This document shows, in pieces, positions 41,512-55,535 of a stretch of 64,000 nucleotides of DNA (positions within the stretch are counted from its first letter, which is position 1; every line of letters begins with the position of its first letter). Below the pieces are notes generated by a model, which was given only the letters and a program-made list of their open reading frames with translations, was not told the origin of the DNA and ran no database searches. Location of the stretch: positions 153,946,001 through 154,010,000 of the forward strand of contig OZ024740.1 in assembly GCA_964016885.1 (NCBI GenBank), in the 5' to 3' direction. A program made the translations under genes and the position numbers. The stretch comes from Eledone cirrhosa. Its lineage: Eukaryota.

Positions 41512-41546
41512 AACGACGTTTTGGGAATAAGCCCTTCTTCAGGTGA
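41512..41546 (-). ncRNA. Minimal hammerhead motif with G12 mutated
   Basis: Minus: cac CTGAAGA a ggg cttatt ccc aAAA cg TC gtt. Confidence 0.55.
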
Positions 41547-43043
41547 AAAGTGTGTGGGAAGAGAGTTCCAAGGGTGTGTAGGGGAGTGGTGGAGAGACAT
41601 ATAGAAAAAAGGGGGTGAGAGGAAATGGTACAAATGAAATTAAATATAAAGGCATGATCAAAATAAAATTAAAAATACACATGGAGTAAAACAGGTGGTG
41701 GAAGGGTGTGGGGCGTGTAGGGGTGGTGGCGGGTGGAGTGGGGAGAGGGAGACGGGGTGTCCGAGCGGGGAGGGCTGAAGGTGGTGTGTGTGTGTAGGTA
41801 TACGTCTGTGTGTGTGTATGTGAAAGTAAGAGTTGGGGGAAAAACGGGGTTGCATGTTCAGGAAGAGGTGTGTGTGGGGTGGGGTGTAGGTCGGAGTGTG
41901 TGTGCGTGTGTGGATAGAGGGGTGCGGGAGAGGATTCCGGAGGCTGAATATCTAAATATGTGGTGGAACGCACGTGTGTGTGTGGTGTTTATGCGTGTTG
42001 TGGATGTAGGTGGCGTGTGGGGAAAAAAATTTTTTTGGGTGTATGTCCGAGGGTGAGTCGTTAAGGTAATTCCGTAAAAGGATGTGGTGGAATGCTGAGT
42101 AATATCCTTGGGATGTGGTGGATTATCAGGATCAAGGTTCACATATGTGTAATCAGTGAAGAGATTGGTCGGAAGAGGGGAGATGTGGGGTGCGCGCGCA
42201 ACAGGAAGTGGTCAGAGGGTCAAGGCAGGAGGAGGGTTGTGTGCCTGTGTGTGCGGGGAGGTGGTCAGAGAGGCATAGCAGCAGTAGGGTAGAATGGTAA
42301 GTGAAGAAAGTCGGTGTGTCAGTGTGTGCGGAGGTGCGGTGGACAGGGGAGAGGATGGGTAGGTGTGAAAGTTGGAGTGGGGAGGAGGTATGTGTGTATT
42401 AGTAGAGGTGTTAGTGGGATGTGTGTGTGTTTGAGAAAGGGTGTGGGTGGAGCGGGGAGAGAAGGGTGTGGGGGACGATGGAGGGAGTGTAGTGTACTGG
42501 TGTGTGTGTGCGTGTTTGGATGAGTGTGTGTGTGGTGAAGGGGGTGTTAGTGGGTGTTAGTATACTGGAGGTGGAGAAAGGGTTTAATGCGGGTGTGAGT
42601 GGGGGTCAGTGGTGGTAGGGTGTGTAGAGTGGGTGGTGTAAGAGGGTGTGTGTGTTCGTGTGCGTAGGGTTGGGAGGTGTTAGTGATGTTAGTTGTGTGT
42701 AGAGTGGGTGGTGTAAGTGGGTGTGTGTGTTCGTGTGCTTGGGGTCGGGGGGTGCTAGTGATGTTAGTTGCGGGGTCGTGGGGTGGATGTGTGGGGGTGA
42801 GGGTTAGTGGTGGTAGTAGGGTGTGTGTTTAGTGTGAGCGCGTGTATATATGTACCGGTGGGTGTGTGCGTGTGATAAGGAGGGGGAGAAGAAGAAGGGA
42901 GGGATGTTAGTATGTTAGTTGGGGAAGGGTGGTCGGGTGTGGGGTGGAGGTGTTAGTATTGTTAGTTGTGGGGTGGGCGGTGAAAAGGAGGGGTGTGTTA
43001 GTGGTGTTAGTGGGGATGTGTGGGGGAGGGGGGCGGTCGAAGG

Positions 43044-44063
43044 CTAAAGGAATAAGGGTGGGGAGTTCAGGCCGGTGGGAGTGTGGGTCTGTAGGGTGAA
43101 GATGGTTCTTTGTTCGACCCTGAGGAGAGTGGCGGGTGTTCCGTGGCATTGGAGTAGGCCACAGACTGTGAGGTGGTGTGCGGAATGTCCAGGGGCACCA
43201 AAGTGGCGGGCGATGGTGGAACTACCACCGAGACGAATATCCCGGAGGTGTTCAGTAAATCTGTCCGCCAGGCGACGTCCAGTCTGTCCGACGTAAGTCG
43301 CGCTGCACCCCGTGCAGCGAAGTCCGTAGACTAGGTTGGAGGAGGTGCAGCTGAAGGCATGCCGGACAGAGAGAGAGTGGTCGTTGGGACCCTGGAAGCT
43401 GGTGGTGTTGGTGATGTGGGGACAGGTGTTGCAGCGGGGCCTGGAACAGGGAAAGGAACTGGGGGGGGGGGCGTGGGTTGGGGGGTAGGGAGCTGCGGAC
43501 GAGGAGGGTGCGGAGATTGCGTGCGCGTTTGAAGGAGGGGAATGGTGGGGCTGGGAAGATGTGGGAAGTGGAGGGGTCGGACTGGAGGCGTCGGAAGAAG
43601 CGGAGGATGGTGCGGTGGAGGGGTATGGTGGAGGGGTGGTAGGTGATGGGGGAAGGGGAGACGGTGGGTGGGTGTGCGGTGGCGTGGGGTGAGAGTGGTG
43701 GAGCGGTGGACAGCACGGGCGCGGGTGAGAGCGGTGTGGACGAGAGAGGGGGGTAACCTCTGCGGATGAAATGGCTGACTAGGGAAAGGGCCTGGGACTC
43801 AAAGTCAGCCCCTCGGCTACATAGGCGGCGGATGCTGAGGAGTTGGGTGTAGGGAATAGAGTGTTTAGTGTGTGTGGGGTGGGAAGAGGTGAAGTCGAGG
43901 TAGGAGTGGGAGTCGGTGGGTTTGAAGAAGGCGGAGATGACGAGGGAGTAGTGGGAGGGGTCGAAGGCGACGGAGATGTCTAAGAAGTGGACGTGGGTGG
44001 TGGAGTAGAGGTAGTGAAGTGGAGGGAGGGGTGGAAGGAGCAGAAGAAGGAGAGAAAGGAGTC
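43044..44063 (-). pseudogene. PLE RT thumb, Zn-linker and GIY-YIG endonuclease (frameshifted)
   Basis: FHPSLHFT, FLDISV, FFKPTDSHSYLDFTSSHPTHTKHSIPYTQLLSIRRLCS, FIRRGYP, FKRARNLRTLLVRS, CSRPRCNTC, FSCTSSNLVYGLRCTGCSATYVGQTGRRLADRFTEHLRDI, PTGLN. Confidence 0.92.
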
Positions 44064-45345
44064 GATATATATATATATATATATGTGTGTGTGTATTAAT
44101 ATACTGATACTGTCGTGGAATGAATAATTACATCTGGGTGTTCTTCTAACAACGCAATTGTTAATAAAATATGGTGCCATAGTTGAGACATCATTGATCA
44201 CAGTTCAGTCTTTCTCTTTGATGAGGGTTGATTTGGTGTTAAACAACAACAAAAAAGCAGGTAAATAATAAAAACAATTGCTACATAACGTACCAGGCCT
44301 CTATGCTGGAATATATTTTTTATTGCCACATAGCAACATATAAACACACGTGGCATTGTGGTGAGGATGTTGAACTTACGATCATAATGCCGTGGGTTCG
44401 ATTCAAATGAGTACCAGCTATAGCTGGGGGTTTAACCCAGCGATGGACATGAAACCGGGATAAGCTCCGGCAGAACGAGCCTTCTGGCTTAAGACAGACT
44501 TTAGACTTAGACTTTAGACATAGAAGCCTGATGAACAACGTACACGTAGTACTTTTCACGTAGAGGGTCTGCACGAGGCCGTCAGAGGTGGTTTCAAATT
44601 AAATCAATACTTTATAGCATTGAATACAGTTTCTTTCGTCCGTTATTACTACCATGGGAATACATATGTTTGTGTGGGGTTGTGTGTGAGGGGGGGGGGG
44701 GTATGTGTGAGTAGGTGCATGTGTCTGTATGTGTGTGTGTTTGCATGTGTGTGTGTTTGCATGTGTGTGCATATGTGTTTGTTCATGTGTGTGTCCGTGT
44801 GTGCATTTATGTTTGTGGCTGTGTATGTGTATGCATGCACGTATGTGTGCGCGTGTGCGTGTGTGTGAGTGGTTGTGGGTGTGTGTATGTTTGTGTACAT
44901 GTGTGTATGTGTCCATGTGTGTGTTTATGTGTGGCTGTGTGTGGCTGTGTGTGTATGTGTGCATGCGTGTGTATGTATTCCAGAAGGCCAGTCAGTTCTG
45001 AAACAATATTGCCCGAGTACCAAACAGCAGACGTGGGAGGGAGGTGGGGGTGTTAACGACGTTTGGAACGCCTGCCGAACGTTGGAAAAGTTGACACTAA
45101 TTACCTCACCACAACATTATCAGTAATAACACCATCAACCATGACACTAACCATAACAGCTACAGCTAAAGAACTTTCTTAAAAAATACCCAGTAGAACA
45201 TCAGGAGTTTTTCTGTTTGTTTTGGATTGTTTTTCTTAAAAGATTTTTTAATGTTTTTGTTGCTTTATATTTTGTTTTTATATTTTGTTTTTGTCTTTTT
45301 TTCTCTCTAGCCATTATATTTGAATGTGAGAATGAGAAAAAAAGA

Positions 45346-45381
45346 AGCGCATGCGCTGGCTTTATTATATAAGCGGAAGTG
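45346..45381. promoter_or_regulatory. Candidate promoter motif cluster (NRF1-like, TATA-like, ETS-like)
   Basis: AGCGCATGCGCT, TATATAA and GCGGAAGTG within 36 bp of apparently non-repetitive AT-rich DNA. Confidence 0.25.
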
Positions 45382-46077
45382 GACAATAATTAGCATGCCA
45401 GAATTATTAGAAGGAGAGGAAGGAAAGAAAAAAAGAAACATTATTAACAACAGATGACCGAAAGTGATGGCTGCGGTAATGTTATTGACTCTATAGTAGC
45501 AATAATAGTCATGGTCGGAGTAGAGGTGGTGTGAGTGGTGGGATTGGGGTTTGGGGATAGAAGTGATAAGAATGGTCTTGCTGGTGGTGATGTTGTTGCT
45601 TATCGTACTGTTGTTGTTGTTTAGCTGCAGTTTATGCCCTAGCAGACATGATCAAAAACGTTTCACTATGATCGTCCCATCATTAATTTCAAAGACAGTG
45701 TATCTAGGACTACATTATCCAAAATGTTCTTTTGTAAGTTGGTTTTATTTCTAATGGTGGTGGTGTTGGTAGATGGTGTTGATGGTTTTGTGTATGGTAG
45801 TATTGTGTAATGTTGCTGATGCTGTTGGTAGTGTTGTTATTAAGCCCCTAGTGTCCTTCTTTCTCTAAGACGGCAGGATGTGATTTGAGGGAATTTTTTT
45901 TGTTATCAAGTGACCACGTAGATGTACCCACGTTGAAACGCTGTCTATGTAGGTGCATGTGGTGGTTAATGGTGGCTACTGTAGGTGGTGGTGGTTTCAA
46001 ATAACTGACAAAGAAGCAATCATTGAGAACGAAAATTCACCCTCATCTACACATCGCACTCACAAGCACACACAGAC

Positions 46078-46153
<76 letters not shown>

Positions 46154-46809
46154 ACACACACACACACATATATATACACAAATGCACGCACGCACATACG
46201 TTTTTTTTTCTTTTTAATAAACATCAAATATAAAATGAATAAAAAACAGAAAAATAAAATATATTGAATCCTGAAAACAGCTTTTGTAAATTTATTTTTG
46301 TTACTGTTGTTTTTATTGTCATTGTTTTTATTGTTGCTGTTTTCGTTGATCTTGCTGTTGTTTTTAGGTGGGATAAAAGTGTGGTTTAGAAAGAAAAATA
46401 GAAAAAACGCAGGTTTCTATTGTTATATGTGCAGTAGTTACTTTTTCTTTGTTTCACTGTAATAATGTAAAATACATAACACAATGTCTGGTTTGTTGTA
46501 TGAAATCAAAAAGGTGCCTGGCTGGTTGATAAACTCAGTAGAAGTCCATGGTATGACTTTCAAGGAGTGTTTGTTTGTTTCCTGCCTATGATAGTGTACA
46601 TGGAAAAAGGAAATTAGTAAAAACTCTCCTCTGTCTCTCTCCCTTTCGTTCAACCCCTCCATTCTTTTCTTACTTTCTCTATCCCTTACCCCTATTTATC
46701 CTATCTCCCTTTGTTCTTTCTTTCTCCCATGTCTCTCTGAATTTCTGTTCTTTCTGTTCACTGAATTATTTGTTTCGTTTTTTCTGTTTTTTTTACTTCA
46801 ATTAATGTT

Positions 46810-47232
46810 GAAATCGTTAGAACGCCGGAAAAATGGTTCTGATATTTGTTCCGGCTCTTTACGTTCTGATTTCAAATCCAGTTGGGATGGTCATCTTTGC
46901 TTTTCATTCTTCTGAGGTCGATGAACTAAAATACCAGTCAAGTACTGAGGTCGATATAATCAACTTCGCCCTTCTTTTCAAATTACTGGCCTTCTGCTAA
47001 AAGCAAGAATAATTATTATTGTCAGTATCGGTAGAGAGTCGGAGACCATACTTTACAGCATAGAGTTACGGTCTTTTACGGCCTGAGTTCAAATCCTGTC
47101 GAAGTTAGCTTTGGCTTTCATCCTTACAGGGTCGATGAAATAACGCACCAGTAATGCACTGGAGTAGATTTAATCGACTTTCCCCCCTCTCCCAAAATTG
47201 CTGGCCTTGTGCCCTATGGTAGAAATCATTAT
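46810..47232 (+). mobile_element. Two tandem S1-type SINEs (46810-47018, 47022-47232)
   Basis: Each has a B box (g/tTTCAAATCC), the ctttcat..ggtcgat core and a ctggcctt..attatt tail. Confidence 0.8.
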
Positions 47233-47857
47233 TTTGCAATCACACTGTATAGATGTTTAATTTGGATGTTATGTGTTTAGTGTTGTACTTTGATTCTATC
47301 GAATATGACTTTTGTGCGATGTTATATTCAATTTTCTAAGTCAGGTTTATCCCAGATAATTCTGGCCAGTGTATTTTGCATATTGCCCAATAGACATAGC
47401 TGTCGATTTGATCGAGTTTGTGACTATACTCAGACTTTATAAGAAGCTGGGAAACATAAATGTGAAGTCAATTGTCACATAGCATAGATTGCATTGTCTG
47501 AATTGTATCTTAGTCTCTTGTTTCATTGTTTTGTTTGTGCAATTATTTTGGTCAGTTATTGTTATTAGGCAGTTAAAATCAGACATGTTTCTACTTTTAG
47601 CCCAGAAACATTGAGGCATGGATGGCTTTTACTCTGGCTTACTTACTTCCTTTGTCGAGACGTGCAAGGTATTAAATATGATTTTTCTCTATTTCTTTTC
47701 TTTAAATATTTTGGAATTCTATTTTGAATTTATTTCGATATTTTTTACCGTCTACTGTTTTTTCCTTATCTAAATATATTTCTTGGGAGTAGTTAGCTTC
47801 AGTTCGAATTATATTTTTCGTTATGTATATATGGGTGTATGTGTGATTGCGTGTGAT

Positions 47858-47904
<47 letters not shown>

Positions 47905-47914
47905 AGATATATAT

Positions 47915-48455
47915 TTGTTTTGCAAGGTTTTTGATATGAAATCGTGTGTTGAAACAAATATTGTTGTAGTTAGGGAGGGTCATATAGTTATAATATTGTA
48001 TTGCCAGAAATAATAATAAAACACACTCACTGTTTGATTTAGATTGGTTTTCGCTTAAGATTGGTTTTATAGCTCTATAGTTAATTTATCTGGCAATCAA
48101 TGTTTATCATTTATTGAACAACGGTTATAAATATAGATATAAATATATATCAAAGTTCTGTCATCACACACCTGTGACATCATCAGTAGTACTATAATGT
48201 TTCCCTCCATTGTATTGTAATGGAAACATAATAATACCATTGATGATATCACAAGTGTGTGATAGACTATATATACATATTTATATCTCTATTTTTAACC
48301 GTTGGTCAATCAATGATAAACATTGATTGCCAAATAAATTAACTAAAGAGATATAAAATATACAGAAGCAAAAAAAAACCAACCCAAACCAAACAGTGAG
48401 TGTGTTCTATTATTATTTCTGGCAATATTATAACAATATGACCCTCCCCAAGTAT

Positions 48456-48461
<6 letters not shown>
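47915..48461. mobile_element. H6-family fold-back element, diverged
   Basis: Arms about 47958-48204 / 48222-48461 match the 12510-13178 element. HHR remnant on minus (cta CTGATGA tgtcacaggtgtgtgat GAcA) at about 48155-48190. Confidence 0.8.
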
Positions 48462-48509
<48 letters not shown>

Positions 48510-48546
48510 CAATATATATATATATATAACAATATATATATATATA

Positions 48547-48579
<33 letters not shown>

Positions 48580-48762
48580 GTAATAAACAACACAATATAA
48601 TTATTCCATTACCCAAGGCTTCACGAAGTTAGACGATTCTAAAAGAAACGTCTGATATGGTTAAATAGCTCTGTACTATACATAGAGCACTCTTCTTTGC
48701 TTTATCTTTTCCAAGGAAATACTTAACACACACACACACACGCACACACACACGCACACACA

Positions 48763-48886
<124 letters not shown>

Positions 48887-48999
48887 AATACTCTGTTGCT
48901 GAATATACAGACGTCTTATTAAGGCTCTTCTAAAGACAGTAGCAAGTCATTCTCCTTCTTGGGACTCGACCATTCCCAACAACTCCCACCTGGAAGTCG

Positions 49000-49900
49000 A
49001 AGTAAAAGTGAGAAATTTTTCCAATTCCAATCATCCGCGTGTCGGCAGAAGGACGGGAGAAACTGCCATTTTCCTGCATGATTCTTTTACGGCAGACGGA
49101 AATAATATATTTTCCAATAGCTACTGTGAACCAGTCACCGTGCACAACAATACCAAGGATTTGATATTAGTTGGGCTCTATAGGCCACTGCAAACGCCCA
49201 TACTGTACTGCAAAAATGCCCAAACAGCATTGAATCTTTTATACAACACTGCCCTTCTGGTAAAATACTACCGATGGGAGACTTCAATCTACCTTGTATT
49301 GATTGATCTCTAAAAATATTTTGAAAACAGATTTCCACCTCAACCGTTGACAAATCAGCTGTAAAGTTAATTCTTGACTTTATGGATAAAGTTTTCCTGT
49401 CCCAACTTGTTCTTGCACCAACAGGGTATCAGAAACACATTTTGGACCTAATGTTTAATAACCACACTAACACTATATGCAATCTTACAGTAGACAGAGC
49501 CCTTATATTAGACCACGGCATGGTCTTCAATAACCTGAGATTCCACCAGCCGAAAGCTAAAGCTAACGGCTTCTCTCCAGCCCATTCATTTGTTAACATG
49601 GATATTCATAATGCAAACTAGGATGCAATCACTAACGATCTATCACATCTTGACTGATCTTTCTCACACGCACACATCCCCACCAATATCAAAACATCAA
49701 AGCAGATATTTGTAGACACTGTTACAAATATGCAAAACATACCCCATCAAGATCTGTGAACAAAACTAAGTCTAGAATCCCCTAAAACAGAAGAACTATT
49801 ATCGAAAAAAATAAAAAGAATAAACAAAAAAATTCAACAAACTAAAATACTGCCAACAGCAACACACATTCGACTTCTATTGCTCTGTAGGAATCGAAAA
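49000..49900 (+). pseudogene. LINE apurinic-type endonuclease region, heavily degraded
   Basis: LILVGLYRP, MGDFNLPCID, LSQLVLAPT..HILDLMF, LDH motifs in mixed frames. Confidence 0.65.
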
Positions 49901-50113
49901 AACATAATCTCCAAAGTGCATGAAGACCATCATCAATAGATGAAGGTAAAAACCTGACGGCGACGCCAAGTGGCCTCTCGTCTTGTATTCAGAAAAGGCG
50001 TGCAAGAATTCAAGCCGAAACCACCTGGCGTTGCTATCGGATTTTTACCTTCCTCTGCTCTCCCCATGCATAGAGTACACCCTCATATGTGGTCTCCCCG
50101 GCATCATCACCGC

Positions 50114-50151
<38 letters not shown>

Positions 50152-50599
50152 ACTCTCTCTCTCTCACCCTCTCTTCCTCTCTCTCGGTAATTACCGTAAT
50201 CAGTTTCCCTTTCCTAGCTTCGTTGTAATTTTCTAATCCCACCATTGTTACTTTGTAAAAGCTCCCCTCCTCACAATGTATGTGATATACTATAGCTACA
50301 TTGACTCTGAGGTAGTGTTTTCGAAACTCTGTAAATATTTTCCTGATTTTATCTGTCTTAGCACTTCAATCCACTTAGATTATTATTTTGAAGCTATAGT
50401 TTATAACCTGAATGTCTGTTTCAATGATATCGAGCATTGAGTTCCATTTTTAATATTTCTCTGATTCTATGTAGCACTCGTTTCTAATGTTCTCCTTCAT
50501 TTAAGTGTGTTGTATCTTATCAATTACATCTACTACTTAATATTTGTATGGGTGGTCTTGCTTAATGTTCCAATTTCAGAGACTGTATCTAATCTATTG

Positions 50600-50748
50600 C
50601 TTTCTAGTTTAGTTGACCTCTTGTAGTTTTAACAATTTTATCTAGTCTAATATTATTACTAAACCTTTTGACCTTACTGCGGAGACAATCGATTTGGGGA
50701 GTGTTCACAGTATAAAATTTAAGGTTATCCATTAAGAAGAGAGGGTGG
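50600..50748 (-). pseudogene. R4/Dong-like RT fragment
   Basis: HPLFLMDNLKFY..KVKRFSNNIRLDK resembles HLLFMDDLKLY..FS.DI...FGLDK. Confidence 0.5.
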
Positions 50749-50769
50749 ATGAGCCTGATTGTTCCTTTT

Positions 50770-51073
50770 CCCGGGTAGATTCCTACGAATTGATTGATCA
50801 TAAGCTCCGATACTATGGACATGTGGTTAGAATGTCTCATGACAGAATCGCTGGACAGATTTTACGGGCAAAACCAACTGGCAGGATGCCTAGAGGTAGA
50901 CCCCCAGCAAGATGGTTGGATAATATCCATGAGCTTGGGAATTCAGCCGGATCAGTTGGAGATGGTTGATTCGGACAGGACCTGCTGGAAGGAATGTTTG
51001 ACGAATCACCCCCCCCCCCCCCCTCACGACCTTCTCAGAATTAAGTGGGTGAAGAAGAAGAAGAAGAAGAAGA
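50770..51073 (+). pseudogene. RTE-like LINE 3' end with (GAA)n tail
   Basis: KLRYYGHVVRMSHDRIAGQILRAKPTGRMPRGRPPARWLDNI, DRTCWK, (gaa)n tail. Confidence 0.8.
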
Positions 51074-52095
51074 TGTACCTTCGAACGACGTTAAACTGGA
51101 TGATGAATTAAACCTATTACACACACCAGAAAATTTCTTTGTGATAATCTTCCATACAGTTGCCGCTAATCAAAACCTTTTCAACAACTCCATCATCTGC
51201 GCCCATACACCAAAATTGACTCCTAAACAACGTTATTATGTTTTGGGGCTTTTACAGTCAGTAAAAAATACTTTGTAAATTAGAAATGTCGATCATTTCA
51301 ACTCACAAGATGAAGTTACGGGAAATTGCTCGACCAGGATTCGAAACTGCAATTGTAAATGGGTATCCAAGATTAAACGAACATGTAATTTTTTTTTTTT
51401 TTTTTAACATAATATCAGTGCAGAAGTATCTTCGTATACTCTGCAAATACAAAAAGAAAATTTCCACCAGGCAACGTAGGATTCATTCCTTTATCGATTT
51501 CCTCTCACAGCTTTCTTCGTTTCTGTGGATAATGGTGAAAAGCTGCTTTTTCTTTATTGGATTGGATGTTTTCCAATGAAATCATTGGGTCTACTTGAAA
51601 CGGTTTCGCACTTTTCTGAAAGAGTAACCACAGTGAATCACTACTTAAAAGTCTAGGATTTTTCTTCTTCATCTTCTTCCGCTCTTTCATCCCGATACCG
51701 TTAATTTTATCTGCTATGTGCCTCAAGGGTTACATTTCACAACCTGTAGTATTCAATATAAATTCTGAAGCAGTATTTGTTTGCGAAAGGATTTAATCTG
51801 AGATCGAATGTTGAAACTGAAACAAATGCATCGGTATCTGTGTTTTAAATGGATATCATGATTCTATCACTATGCAACTCTACCCAATATATGTATTGCT
51901 TTATATTTTTTCTAACTCTGATTTACACAATGTTCTTTTATATAAATACCTTATTCATTTCCTGTATTACAACTTTTATTTATTTACTTATTTCCATTTT
52001 ATTCATTATATCTACCCACATAGAAAGCATACAACTGGAGTGTTATTGGAGTCAAAAGAATTAGTTTGCTTAAGCTTAATGAATACGGTTGTTTT

Positions 52096-52265
52096 AATAA
52101 TTGTTTCTACTTTTGGCACAAGGCCATCAATTATCCCAGTGTATTACTGGTACTTTATTTTATCGACCCCGTAAGGCGGGATTTGAACTCAGATCATAAA
52201 GGGCCGTCACTCTTTGCTGCAAAGCATGGCGTCAGACCCTCTACCGATACTGCTAATCCACAGCC
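52096..52265 (-). mobile_element. SINE S1 with small internal deletion
   Basis: S1 head, core and tail. Duplication tacggttgttttaataat at 52084-52101 and 52268-52285. Confidence 0.88.
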
Positions 52266-52985
52266 TTTACGGTTGTTTTAATAATACTTTAACTTTTTCT
52301 TGACACGTTTCTCAAACCAATTCTCCAACTTACTAATTCTAGAAATGTCTGGCTTTGATTTTTAATTAATTCTCAAGTGTAATTAGAGTAGAAACATCCT
52401 CTCTCCTGATCCTTTTACAGACCTTAGTGCAAAACAGGGAGAAGGTTATCTTCAGACCAGAGACGTGAACCAAATATTTGCAACAGTGGAGTCGTTTAAC
52501 CATTTAGCATTTATATTACTCTATATTTACTATTGATTTTTCACAGTAAAGGCTTTATTTCACATAATTATACCACATAATATCGAATCTATGAGATTTT
52601 GATATTATTTATTTTGAGAGCAATACCTTAACATCAGTATGTGTGACCAGTTACAGCCGGTTTGAACAGAAAGTGGTCAGAAAATTCTGGCCGAACATGC
52701 TTTTAGTCAACTGGCGAGTATGTTTAGAAAAGATTCGGGCAACATTCTGCGCAACAATATTTCAACCGAAACTTTTCAACTACACATCCACGCCTGCGCC
52801 CAAACATTACCATAAAGGAATCATCAAAAGTGACCATATATTCCTAAACTGCGATACCTAATTACATCTAGGATTTCAGTGTCGTTTGAAAGCTATTTCT
52901 CCTGTATACAAACAAAAAACACTCTTGATGTAGTTATACACTACACTATATATACATATATATGTATACAAATATATACATACAT

Positions 52986-53085
<100 letters not shown>

Positions 53086-53164
53086 TTATATATATATATG
53101 TATATATATATGTGTGTGTGTGTGTATATATATATGTATATATATATATATGTGTGTGTGTGTG

Positions 53165-53229
<65 letters not shown>

Positions 53230-54734
53230 ATATATATATATACTGTATATATATATATATACACACTTTAACTCTTTTACCTGTTCCAGCCATCCGAATC
53301 AGGCATTCTGTGTGTGTGTGTATGTGTATGTGTGTGTCTGAGGAGAGAGAGTTTTACAAATGTTACTTCATTTGTTAATATTATCTTGACATTCATATAT
53401 ATTTGTCTGGAATAAATCCTTGATCATCTTTTAATTAGACACTGTATGAATACAAGTTAATCTTTCTATACTGCTATTATTGTTTCAATTGTTATATTAC
53501 TATTAATAGTTCATTATAATGTGTTCCATCTGAATTCTACAATCCACATTATCTCAATGAAAGTGTCAAAGTTTCTTCTCCAATATGTCAATGGGTCAAT
53601 ATCAATAAGTGGAAGTTAAGACTCAACTAATGATTTATAAATATTTCCGTGGCGTTAGTCCAATAGTTATTTCAAACTTTCTTATTTTCTTTCATTCTTA
53701 TCAAAGATCCGTCCACATTAACTGAAAAACGGGTGATTATGTTCCTGCAATAGATATAGTGACAAATCTTTCTTTTATTACGTTCCAGTTATTGGAATGC
53801 CCTTTCGGTTTATCTCAAGCTGTCTATGTGAATGGACGTATTCAAACGCTGCAGTAATAATTTGTTATTCAGTGGCTTTTATTTCGTGGCTTCTAGAATC
53901 AATCACAGCAACTACTCTAGTACTTTGATACAAATTGAAGAATAATTTTTTGTTTCCTCACTGCTCTTCTTCTGTCCAGTATTTCTTTCTCTGACGTTGA
54001 AGTTCTTACAGCTATCCTTTAGATACCATTTTCTGATTCATTCATCAAAACGCGAACTTAAATGTCGACTGATCAAGCACAAGTTTTACGCATCTGCTTC
54101 AGTGAGGTTTAACAAGAAACAAGATAACATACTGATAAAGAACACAGGCAGATAGTTATTCATTATGCCAAGGTTTGATATATTCAGAAGAAAACAAATC
54201 ATTGAAACTAAAGTAGATTACGAATATTTTGCCTCGATTTCGATTCTCGACTGCAAATATTTCGTTTTATAAAGAGATAAAAAATGAAAATTTGAAGCTG
54301 GTGCTGAAATATGCTGAAATCAAAGTCAAACCTGATGGATATTACATCGTTTATCAGACTATTTTTTAATCTAGAAAAACAAGAAAAACTTCAGTATGGA
54401 CAAAATGGTATCAGATTATTATTTGACTGGTGTATCTGGTTTGCTTAAGAAGGTTGACATATGACACTTGTTATTTTATCTTCATATTCTGATGCAGATA
54501 ATAACAACTGTTTTTTCTCTGGGGAAAATAATATTGCAGGGAATATTACGATTGATGTGGCACAAACGAATAAAAATATCCAGTTATCAGAAATGAGGAT
54601 AAGGACGATGATAGCAATAATAATAATAATAATGATTTCTTTATTGGCCACAAGGGCTGACATCAAGAAAAATATTACAGACGGCACAGGACGGTACGGG
54701 TTCAGTTTTGCTGCCGTCAACATATCATATTATT

Positions 54735-55535
54735 AGAATTTCCGAGGTGCATGACACCATCACGGTGATGTCATCTGCATATGCCGACACAGCCCTTCCG
54801 CTGTAAACGTTCCAAAGTCCAGACGTACAGAAGGGTGGAGAGAGGGCACTTCTGACGGACCAATCAGGCAATCGAAATGGTTGCGAAAGGTGGCTATTTA
54901 CTTTGACCACTGAGCAGATACCGCTGCGCAATAGCAGCGATCCAGCCTCTGAGCACGGGACCGAAGCCAGCTGCCTTGAGGACAGCCTCCAGGTATCGAT
55001 GGTCGACTCTATCGAAAGCCTTCGATTGATCTAAATTGATCATAGCCCCACCGAAAATAGGTTTACTCACTACCCTCTATATGATGTATTGCATGAGGTG
55101 GAATTTGACGAGTATGATCCTGGTCAGGCTGCACAAGTTTGCATTTCCCTTACCAAATCGTCGACGACAAGCACCAACCTCTTCGTTAACACCTTGGACA
55201 AAATCTTAAACTCTGTTGAGCATGAAATTGTATGAGCATGAAATTGTCTACAGTGTACCTCTTGTTCTCGTCTTTCCTCATCAGCGTCACTATGCCCCGG
55301 CTCAGAGAACAGGGAATACTCCCGTTCTACTGCCAGTTGCTGTAGACACTTCGAGATCGGAGAACGAGTCCGTCATATCTACATAAAATTCGTAGGGTAG
55401 ACCATCTAAACCGGGTGACTTGCGCCTCGTGTAGACAAATTTCGACTGATGCTATCGGCCTTTCGCAACACTCAGCATCGGCTGGCGAGAGTCGCGGGAA
55501 GCCGTTGAGGTAGGAACTAATGTCCACTACCGTCA
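54735..55535 (-). pseudogene. Tx1/L1-clade LINE reverse transcriptase fragment
   Basis: KILSKVLTKRL, INLDQSKAFDRVDHRYLEAVLKAAGFGP, VKVNSHLSQPF, SAYADDITVMVS. Frameshifted. Confidence 0.82.

Larger units (their letters stand above)
41425..44063 (-). mobile_element. 5'-truncated Penelope-like element with long degenerate (CA)/C-rich 3' UTR
   Basis: Coding remnant 43044-44063, 1.5 kb low-complexity UTR, HHR remnant then aataaa near 41475. (TA)n at both ends. Confidence 0.88.

Noticed and set aside
44524-44600. CTGATGA suggesting another hammerhead
   Set aside because: No downstream GAAA or stem III/I pairing.
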